Positions 25,604-36,356 of a stretch of DNA of 64,000 bases are shown here, one piece after another (the stretch's first letter is position 1; every line of letters begins with the position of its first letter). The stretch comes from Eledone cirrhosa. Its lineage: Eukaryota. Below the pieces are notes generated by a model, which did no database searches, was not told the DNA's origin, and was given only the letters and a program-made list of their open reading frames with translations. The stretch covers positions 115,692,001-115,756,000 of the forward strand of contig OZ024744.1 in the NCBI GenBank assembly GCA_964016885.1, read 5' to 3'. The translations under genes were made by a program, and so were the position numbers.

Positions 25604-26693
25604 CCTTTCATGTGGCATCTAGAGCACATGCCATGCTGTACCCCCTTTCATGTGACAGCTATGGCACATGTCATGCTATCCCCCCCATTCATGTGGTAGC
25701 TATGGCACATGTCATGCTATACCCCCCCCCCCTTTCATGTGGTAGCTATGGCACATGCCATGCTATACCCCCCCCCTTTTCATGTGGTAGCTATGGCACA
25801 TGCCATGCTATCCCCCCCTTTCATGTGGTAGCTATGGCACATGTCATGCTATCCCCCCCCATTCATGTGGTAGCTATGGCACATGCCATGCTATACCCCC
25901 CTTTCATGTGGTAGCTATGGCACATGTCATGCTATACCCTCCCCCCCTTTCATGTGGTAGCTATGGCACATGCCATGCTATCCCCCCTCCCCCTTTCATG
26001 TGGTAGCTATGGCACATGCCATGCTATACCCCCCCCCCTTCATGTGGTAGCTATGGCACATGCCATGCTATACCCCCCCTTTCATGTGGTAGCTATGGCA
26101 CCTGCCATGATGTACCCCCCTTTCATGTGGAAGCTATGGCACATGCCATGCTATACCCCCCCTTTCATGTGGTAGCTATGGCACATGTCATGCTATACCC
26201 CTCCCCCTTTCATGTGGTAGCTATGGCACATGTCACGCTATACCCCCCCCTTTCATGTGGTAGCTATGGCACATGCCATGCTGTACCCCTCCCCCCTTTC
26301 ATGTGGTAGCTATGGCACATGCCATGCTATACCCCCCCTTTCATGTGGTAGCTATGGCACATGCCATGCTGTACCCCCCCCCCCCTTTCATGTGGTAGCT
26401 ATGGCACATGTCATGCTATACCCCCCCCCTTTCATGTGGTAGCTATGGCACATGTCACGCTATACCCCCCCCCCTTTCATGTGGTAGCTATGGCACATGC
26501 CATGCTGTACCCCCCCCCCCTTTCATGTGGTAGCTATGGCACATGCCATGCTATACCCCCCTCTTTCATGTGGTAGCTATGGCACATGCCATGCTGTACC
26601 CCCCCCCCCTTTCATGTGGTAGCTATGGCACATGTCATGCTATACCCCCCCCCTTTCATGTGGTAGCTATGGCACATGCCATGCTGTACCCCT
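25604..26693. repeat. ~44-bp minisatellite with variable poly-C, about 24 copies
   Basis: Unit TTTCATGTGGTAGCTATGGCACATG(C/T)CATGCT(A/G)TA followed by a C-run of variable length. Confidence 0.95.
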
Positions 26694-26904
26694 CTAATTA
26701 TATCTCTGCACACTATTAGAAAACATATCTGATGACCTGTAACAATTTCCTCAATAAACTTGAAGGTGTCCATATCGATAAAACAGCTCATCTCTAATCC
26801 ATCAGTGTTGACTCTTTACACAAATTTAATTTATAACGAACTTAATCAAAAGTGTTCATTAATTGAACACTACATTTTTTAATTATAGTAAAAATATAAC
26901 ACAT

Positions 26905-27030
26905 TTCCTTCCCCCTCCCTCCCTTCGTCCCTTCCTCCCTCCCTTCCTCCCTTCCTTTCTCCCTTCCTCCTTTTCTCCCTTCCTTCCTTCCTGCCTTCCT
27001 CCCTTCCTTACTCCTTCCATCCTTCCATCA
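26905..27030. repeat. (CCTT/CCCT)n microsatellite
   Basis: Direct inspection. Confidence 0.9.
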
Positions 27031-27353
27031 CATCAATCAGCGTATACTTATGTATGAGCCTAAATCCTATAACACTACTATTAATGTTCTCATTAAAAAA
27101 AAATTATTATTATTATTAATACCTTTAGTATTTATATTTAATCATTATCTATTAATATCATCATTTACCATATATGGTAGCTGGAAATTATTCAACTATT
27201 CTAAAAACAATATTAGTCTCCACGTGTAAATGGAGTAAATATCCTTGCATATATTTTGCCCATCTCAAGAGAACATCTTCACACATTACGTCTTCCTCTT
27301 TTCTAAAGGCAATAATTGGTTGAAACTATTTTTGAAATATTTACTTCTGCATC

Positions 27354-27428
27354 TACAGATTTCTCTGTTTCAGAAGAGATCCTCTTAAGATGAAAGCACA
27401 AATTTATTGTTTAAACTTTTAATCTGTA
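27354..27428 (+). ncRNA. Hammerhead-like fold with variant core CAGAAGA (copy B, diverged)
   Basis: TACAGATT..GTTT|CAGAAGA|GATC..GAT|GAAA|GCA..TGT|TT|AAAC..AATCTGTA. Confidence 0.45.
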
Positions 27429-27599
27429 CTAATAATAAATATTTGCTCTTCGGGTTTATATATATACTTATAAATATATACAACCTTTATTAAGTCTTCT
27501 TTGGATTTTGGTCTTTGTATTTATTATATATATATATATAATATATATATATATATATAATATATTAACAAATGGAAACTATATTTATAAAACCATATT

Positions 27600-27664
27600 T
27601 ATTTCATTATACATATTTCAAGGACACCAAAGCAAATTATGGTGCGCTTTCATCAGATAAAATA
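27600..27664 (-). ncRNA. Minimal type-I hammerhead ribozyme, inverted copy
   Basis: Exact reverse complement of 27782-27846. Confidence 0.75.
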
Positions 27665-27781
27665 TAATATAGATCAGTTTTATAAACAAATATTGACATA
27701 CCCTATCCGGGAGCTTCCAACCGACATGGTCGCATTCTTTAAGGGTATGTCAATATTTGTTTATAAAACTGATCTATATTA

Positions 27782-27846
27782 TATTTTATCTGATGAAAGC
27801 GCACCATAATTTGCTTTGGTGTCCTTGAAATATGTATAATGAAATA
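27782..27846 (+). ncRNA. Minimal type-I hammerhead ribozyme (Penelope-like element type)
   Basis: TATTTTAT|CTGATGA|AAGCGCACCA-10 nt loop-TGGTGTCCTT|GAAA|TA-TG-TA|TA|ATGAAATA: canonical core, 8-bp stem I, 9/10-bp stem II, short near-palindromic stem III. Confidence 0.75.
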
Positions 27847-28013
27847 AATATGGTTTTATAAATATACTTTCCATTTGTTAATATATTGTATTTTTACTCC
27901 AATAATTTGTTGAGTGCTTTATATCAGTTATAAAAATATTTGCTTGTTGTATCCCAACAAATTAAATATAACTTCTATATATCTATATATATATATATTA
28001 TATTATATATTAT

Positions 28014-28230
28014 ATATTTATTAAAATAACAGATTAAGGTTTAAGCAAAGAATCGCTGCTTTCACCCTTAACAGGATCTTCTGAAACTCACAGCGATTCT
28101 TTGCTTAAACTTTAATCTGTTATTTTAATAAATATTTGCTCTACGGATTTTATATATTTTTATATATATATTATCCTTATCAAGCCCTCTTCGGATTTTA
28201 GTCTTCACATTTATTATTATTACTATAAAT
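28014..28230. mobile_element. Foldback terminus of the CAGAAGA-hammerhead family (copy C on minus strand, 28029-28088)
   Basis: 45-bp inverted arms 28014-28058 / 28091-28135, then the family's AT-rich tail (..CCTTATCAAG..TCTTCGGATTTTAGTCTT). Confidence 0.65.
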
Positions 28231-28252
28231 TATATATATATAGTTATATATA

Positions 28253-28911
28253 TCATCATCATCATCATCATCATCATCATCGTTTAACGTCCATATTCCA
28301 CACTAGCATGGGTTTGGACGGGAATTTTCCCACTTGAGACAAGATTGGTTGTCTTGCTCGTATAGGACTGTCTGGCGGGTTTTCTATGGCTGGATGCCCT
28401 TCCTAACACCAACCACGTTTACAGTGTGGACTGGGAGGTTTTTACTGTGTTACCTACATGGCCACATTACAGCGTGGACTATGTGTTTTTTTTGTCGTGA
28501 CACCTACACGACCTCATTTGTTTAGGACTGGATGTTGTGGTACCAACATAACTTTACATCGAAAGAGAGTGGTGTGGATGGGGTGGGGGTAGTGGGACGG
28601 GGGTGTATTTTGGTTAAGAGGTGCCTACTGACTGTAGGTTTCAGATCTGCACTTAGGCAAGGCGGGTCTTCTGTATTACTGCGTAGCGCCAAAGATCTCG
28701 GTCCAGTGACATTGTCTTGGAGAGGTGTGTGTGAGGTCGGAATTTATCAAGTCACCCCAGGTTTTTCTGGGTCTGCCTACTCCGTAGCTACCGTCTATTT
28801 GGATCTCCCTGCACTTTTTTATACAGCTGTCGTCTTTCATGCGCATCACGTGACCACACCAACGTAGTCTTCTCTCGAGTAAACAGCATCTGATCCCTCT
28901 TATTCCTAATT

Positions 28912-28915
<4 letters not shown>
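28253..28915 (-). mobile_element. 5'-truncated RTE LINE 3' end
   Basis: EKLGIRGIRCCLLERRLRWCGHVMRMKDDSCIKKC..GRPRKTW plus 3' UTR and (GAT)n tail. Confidence 0.92.
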
Positions 28916-28968
<53 letters not shown>

Positions 28969-28971
<3 letters not shown>

Positions 28972-30661
28972 GAGACGCCCTGGATAGAGGAAACTTTAGA
29001 GGCATTAAGTTAGTTGACCAGGTCATGAGGGTCACAGAAAGAGTTATTACTAAACTGATTAGAGACCGAATTGATCTAGATGAAATGTAGCTTGGGTTTG
29101 TGCCAGGTAAAAGTACCACAGATGCTCTTTTCCTTGTACGGCAATTACAGAAGTACCTAGCTAACAGTAGACCCCTCTACTTAGCTTTTGTTGACCTGGA
29201 GAAAGCCTTTGACAGAGTCCCATGCACCTTAAACTGGTGGGCTCTTAGAAAACTAGGAGTAGATGAGTGGCTTGTGAGAGCTATGCAAGCCATGTATAGA
29301 GGAACAGTCAGCAAGGTTAGAATTAATAATAAATATAGTGATGAATTTAGCGTAATAGTAGGGGTTCACCAGGGCTCTGTCCTTAGCCCCCTCCTGTTTA
29401 TTATTGTCCTACAGAAGGGTTTAAGACTGGCTGACCATGGGAACTTCTATATGCAAGTGATCTAACTCTCATAGCTGAATCTCTGACTGAACTAGAGAAG
29501 AAATTCCAAACATGGAAGCATGGCCTTAAATCAAAAGGCCTTAAAGTTAACTTGTCTAAGACTAAAGTTCTAGTATGTAGAAAGGAGTAAGGCACAGGTG
29601 CCCTCTGGGAAATGGCCATGCTCAGTGTGTAGGAAAGGAGTATGTAGAAATTCCATTCTATGCCCCAAATGCAAACTATGGGTACATAAAAGATGTAGTG
29701 GGATCACAGGCAAGCTATCTAAGAATGTAGACTTTATATGTGGCCGATGCTCAGTAAGTAGCAAGGACCCACTAGATGCTATCTCCTTCAACTGCCCAGA
29801 TGGTTCTATAGAAATAGTAGACACCTTCCGTTACCTGGGTGACAAAATCAGCAGTGGAGGAAGGTGCTCTGAAAATACAGTAGCTGGTGTTAGAACAGGA
29901 TGGAAAAAGTTCAGAGAGCTAATACTGCTGTTGGCCACAAGGGGTTTTTCTCTAAAAATGAAAGGGAGATTGTATGATTGTATACGAACAGCAATGTTAC
30001 ATGGTAGTGAGACATGGGCATTGTGTGCTGAAGACTTCCGTTGATTAGAGAGAAATGAAGCTTGCATGCTCCGATGGATATGTAATAGTAATGTGCACGA
30101 ACGGCAAAGCATAAACGAATTGAGAGAATGAATAAGAATAAGAGGTATCAAATCTTGTGTTCCGGAGAGGAGATTGCGTTGGTATGGCCATGTGATGCGT
30201 ACGAAGAATGACAACTGTATAAAAAAGTGCAGAGCAATGAAAATTGATGGAAGCTACGGAGGGGGTAGACCAAGAAAAACCTGGGACGTGATGATAAAAA
30301 CTGACCTTGCCCACCTACACCTCTCTAGGACAATGACACTGGATCAAGATCTTTGGTGCCATGCAGTTGTACAGAAGACAAACCTTGCATACAAACCTAC
30401 AGTCAGTAGGCACCTCTTAACCCAATATAAACCCCACCCCCACACCTCTACCCCATCCTCCCATTTCCATCCACTGTGTCGGTGACACAACAAAAGGCTC
30501 CCAGTCCACACTGTAAATGTGGTTGGTGCTAGGAAGGGCATTCAGCCATAGAAAACCTGCCAGAGAAACTTCCGTACGAGCGAGACACGGTCACCCGACC
30601 ACTTCCGCATCAAATGGAACAAAACCGTCTAACCCATGCTAGCGTGGAAGATGGACGTTAA

Positions 30662-30700
<39 letters not shown>
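28969..30700 (+). mobile_element. 5'-truncated RTE LINE pseudogene covering the RT domain, PHD-type finger and 3' UTR
   Basis: KGDALDRGNFRGIKL..GFVPGKSTTDA..AFVDLEKAFDRVP..GVHQGSVLSPLLF..LLYASDL (degenerate YADD)..GLKVNLSKTK..C4HC3..FRYLG..HGSETWAL..RWYGHV..GRPRKTW; has stops and frameshifts; (GAT)n tail. Confidence 0.95.
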
Positions 30701-30702
<2 letters not shown>

Positions 30703-30704
30703 AT

Positions 30705-30846
30705 ATATAATAAATACAAAGACCAAAACCCAAAGAAGACTTGATAAAGGTTGTATATATTTATAAGTATATATAGGAAAAGAGTCAGGACCCCGACGGC
30801 TGAGGTCCAGCCGTTTCGACAGCTAGGACCTAGCTGTCGAAACGGC
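30705..30846 (-). mobile_element. Penelope-like terminus remnant with 3' half of a hammerhead and an 18-bp foldback
   Basis: 30705-30775 is the reverse complement of the tail at ~27458-27530; the minus strand has GAAAC-GGCTG-gacct-CAGCC-GTC; perfect palindrome 30810-30846. Confidence 0.55.
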
Positions 30847-30923
30847 CACAACAGGACAACCTGCCTAACCCATGCTAGCGTGAAAGAATGGATGTAAAAC
30901 AGTGATGATGATGATGATGATGA

Positions 30924-31008
<85 letters not shown>

Positions 31009-31020
31009 GAGAGAGAGATG
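30847..31020 (+). repeat. RTE-tail fragment followed by (GAT)n, (TA)n, (GA)n
   Basis: ACAACAGGACAACC..CCCATGCTAGCGTG..(GAT)n. Confidence 0.8.
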
Positions 31021-31468
31021 GATAGATAGACACATAATTTTTAATTCTCTCTCTCTCTATATATATATACTTAACTAATTAACTAAATAGATAGGTAGTT
31101 GACATTTTAACTCACTATCAATTAATCAACCATCCATTCGATCTATACTACGTAGTTCCCTCCACGACCCCCTTTATTTCACTGCCTATGCAATCATGGA
31201 AAATAGATGTTCAATAGTGATGAGGATGTTCTCAGTAAAGTCAGGAGTAGAACTTGTAGAAGCTCACAGTGAAATATTTTCTTCCTAAATACATCAACTC
31301 TACATCCTAATATGTATTGAGTACTATGTTGATTAGTGGTCTTTCCAGACTTAGCACGATAGACACTTTATGTTTAAATACATATATATGAAAAAGTAAA
31401 AGTGGAAAGCACAGAGGAATATTTAAATATTATTTTCTTCTCCAATCTGACAGATACATACCAGTATT

Positions 31469-34400
31469 AACACCACCACACAACAGTCACCTGACTAACA
31501 ACACCACACAACAGTCACCTGACTAACAACGCCACACAACAGTCACCTGACTAACAACACCACACAACAATCACCTGACTAACACCACCACACAACAGTC
31601 ACCTGACTAACAACACCACATAACAGTCACCTGACTAACACCACCACACAACAGTCACTTGACTAACAACACCACACAACAGTCACCTGACTAACAACAC
31701 CACACAACAGTCACTTGACTAACAACACCACACAACAATCACCTCACTAACAACACCACACAACAATCACCTGACTAACACCACCACACAAGTCACATGA
31801 CTAACAACACCACACAACAGTCACCTGACTAACAACACCACACAACAGTCACCTGACTAACACCACCACACAACAGTCACCTGACTAACAACACCACACA
31901 ACAGTCACTTGACTAACAACACCACACAACAGTCACCTGACTAACAACACCAAACAACAGTCACCTGACTAACAACACCACACAACAGTCACCTGACTAA
32001 CAACACCACACAACAATCACCTGACTAACAAAACCACACAACAATCACCTGACTAACACCACCACACAACAGTCACCTGACTAACAACACCACACAACAG
32101 TCACCTGACTAACAACACCACACAACAGTCACCTGACTAACAACACCACACAACAGTCACCTGACTAACAACACCACACAACAGTCACCTGACTAACACC
32201 ACCACAGAACAGACACTTGACTAACAACACCACTCAACAGACACTTGACTAACAACACCACACAACAGTCACCAGACTAACAACACCACACAACAGTCAC
32301 CTGACTAACAACACCACACAAAAATCACCTGACTAACAAAACCACACAACAATCACCTGACTAACACCACCACACAACAGTCACCTGACTAACAACACCA
32401 CACAACAATCACCTGACTAACACCACCACACAACAGTCACCTGACTAACAACACCACACAACAGTCACCTGACTAACAACACCACACAACAGTCACCTGA
32501 CTAACAACACCACACAACAGTCACCTGACTAACACCACCACACAACAGACACTTTACTAACAACACCACTCAACAGACACTTGACTAACAACACCACACA
32601 ACAGTCACCTGACTAACAACACCACACAACAGTCACCTGACTAACAACACCACACAACAGTCACCTGACTAACACCACCACACAACAGTCACCTGACTAA
32701 CAACACCACACAACAGTCACCTGACTAACAACACCACACAACAGTCACCTGACTAACAACACCACACAACAGTCACCTGACTAACAACGCCACACAACAG
32801 TCACCTGATTAACACCGCCACGCAACAGTCACCTGACTAACAACGCCACACAACAGTCACCTGACTAACAACATCACACAACAATCACCTGACTAACAAC
32901 ACCACACAACAATCACCTGACTAACAACACCACACAACAATCACCTGACTAACAACACCACACAACAGTCACCTGACTAACACCACCACACAACAATCAC
33001 CTGATTAACACCTCCACACAACAGTCACCTGACTAACAACACCACACAACAGTCACCTGACTAACAACACCACACAACAATCACCTGACTAACACCACCA
33101 CACAACAGTCACCTGACTAACAACACCACATAACAGTCACCTGGCTAACACCACCACACAACAGTCACCTGACTAACACCACCACACAACAGTCACCTGA
33201 CTAACAACACCACACAACAGTCACCTGACTAACAACACAACACAACAGTCACCTGACTAACAACACCACACAACAGTCACCTGACTAACAACACCACACA
33301 ACAATCACCTGACTAACAACACCACACAACAATCACCTGATTAACACCACCACACAACAGTCACCTGACTAACAACACCACACAACAGTCACCTGACTAA
33401 CAACACCACACAACAGTCACCTGACTAACAACACCACACAACAATCACCTGACTACCAACACCATACAAAGTCACCTGACTAACAACAGCACACAACAGT
33501 CACCTGACTAACAACACCACACAACAATCACCTGACTAACAACACCACACAACAGTCACCTGACTAACAACACCACACAACAATCACCTGACTAACAACA
33601 CCACACAACAATCACCTGACTAACAACACCACACAACAGTCACCTGACTAACAACACCACACAACAGTCACCTGACTAACAACACCACACAACAGTCACC
33701 TGACTAACAACACCACACAACAATCACCTGACTAACAACACCACACAACAGTCACCTGACTAACAACACCACACAACAGTCACCTGACTAACAACACCAC
33801 ACAACAATCACCTGACTAACAACACCACACAACAGTCACCTGACTAACAACAACACACAACAATCACCTGACTAACAACACCACACAACAGTCACCTGAC
33901 TAACAACACCACACAACAATCACCTGACTAACAACACCACACAACAGTCACTTGACTAACAACACCACACAACAATCACCTGACTAACAACACCACACAA
34001 CAAGCACCTGACTAACAACACCACACAAAGTCACCTGACTAACAACACCACACAACAGTCACCTGACTAACAACACCACACAACAATCACCTGACTAACA
34101 CCACCACACAACAGTCACCTGACTAACAACACCACACAACAGTCACCTGACTAACAACACCACACAACATTCACCTGACTAACAACACCACACAACAGTC
34201 ACCTGACTAACAACACCACACAACAGTCACTTAACTAACAACACCACACAACAGTCACCTGACTAACAACACCACACAACATTCACCTGACTAACAGCAC
34301 CACACAACAATCACCTGACTACCAACACCACACAACAGTCACTTGACTAACAACACCACACAACAGTCACCTGACTAACAACACCACATAACAGTCACCT

Positions 34401-36300
34401 GACTAACAACACCACACAACAGTCACCTGACTAACAACACTACACAACAGTCACTTGACTAACAACACCACACAACAGTCACCTGACTAACAACACCACA
34501 CAACAGTCATCTGACTAACAACACCACACAACAATCACCTGACTAACACCACCACACAACAGCCACCTGACTAACAACACCACATAACAGTCACCTGACT
34601 AACACCACCACACAACAGTCACCTGACTAACACCACCACACAACAGTCACCTGACTAACAACACCACACAACAGTCACCTGACTAACAACACAACACAAC
34701 AGTCACCTGACTAACAACACCACACAACAGTCACCTGACTAACAACACCACACAACAATCACCTGACTAACAACACCACACAACAATCACCTGATTAACA
34801 CCACCACACAACAGTCACCTGACTAACAACACCACACAACAGTCACCTGACTAACAACACCACACAACAGTCACCTGACTAACAACACCATACAACAATC
34901 ACCTGACTACCAACACCACACAAAGTCACCTGACTAACAACAGCACACAACAGTCACCTGACTAACAACACCACACAACAATCACCTGACTAACAACACC
35001 ACACAACAGTCACCTGACTAACAACACCACACAACAATCACCTGACTAACAACACCACACAACAATCACCTGACTAACAACACCAAACAACAGTCACCTG
35101 ACTAACAACACCACACAACAGTCACCTGACTAACAACACCACACAACAGTCACCTGACTAACAACACCACACAACAATCACCTGACTAACAACACCACAC
35201 AACAGTCACCTGACTAACAACACCACACAACAGTCACCTGACTAACAACACCACACAACAATCACCTGACTAACAACACCACACAACAGTCACCTGACTA
35301 ACAACACCACACAACAATCACCTGACTAACAACACCACACAACAGTCACCTGACTAACAACACCACACAACAATCACCTGACTAACAACACCACACAACA
35401 GTCACTTGACTAACAACACCACACAACAATCACCTGACTAACAACACCACACAACAGTCACCTGACTAACAACACCACACAACAGTCACCTGACTAACAA
35501 CACCACACAACAGTCACCTGACTAACAACACTACACAACAGTCACTTGACTAACAACACTACACAACAGTCACCTGACTAACAACACCACACAACAATCA
35601 CCTGACTACCAACACCACACAAAGTCACCTGACTAACAACACCACACAACAGTCACCTGACTAACAACACCACACAACAATCACCTGACTAACACCACCA
35701 CACAACAGTCACCTGACAAACAACACCACACAACAGTCACCTGACTAACAACACCGAACAACATTCACCTGACTAACAACACCACACAACAGTCACCTGA
35801 CTAACAACACCACACAACAGTCACTTGACTAACAACACCACACAACAGTCACCTGACTAACAACACCACATAACAGTCACCTGACTAACAACACCACACA
35901 ACAGTCACCTGACTAACAACACTACACAACAGTCACTTGACTAACAACACCACACAACATTCACCTGACTAACAACACCACACAACAATCACCTGACTAC
36001 CAACACCACACAACAGTCACTTGACTAACAACACCACACAACAGTCACCTGACTAACAACACCACATAACAGTCACCTGACTAACAACACCACACAACAG
36101 TCACCTGACTAACAACACTACACAACAGTCACTTGACTAACAACACCACACAACAGTCACCTGACTAACAACACCACACAACAATCACCTGACTACCAAC
36201 ACCACACAAAGTCACCTGACTAACAACACCAAACAACATTCACCTGACTAACAACACAACAGTCACCTAACAACACCACACATAGTCACCTCACTAACAT
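31469..36300. repeat. 28-bp satellite, about 170 copies
   Basis: Unit ACACCACACAACAGTCACCTGACTAACA; contains dyad AGTCA-CC-TGACT. Confidence 0.97.
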
Positions 36301-36356
36301 CACTACCAATACATGCCAAAAACAAAATGTCAAAACCAACAAAGCTAATGGGCTCC

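Larger units (their letters stand above)
27559..27887. repeat. Long palindrome: 146-bp arms (27559-27704 / 27742-27887), 37-bp spacer, one mismatch
   Basis: Base-by-base reverse complement; the mismatch is C27579 opposite C27867. Confidence 0.95.

Noticed and set aside
25612-26576. Repetitive ORFs (HVVAMAHAMLYPP / SCGSYGTCHAIPP)
   Set aside because: Minisatellite translations whose frame shifts with poly-C length.
26725-26800. CTGATGA at ~26729 as a further hammerhead
   Set aside because: No GAAA closing a stem II downstream.
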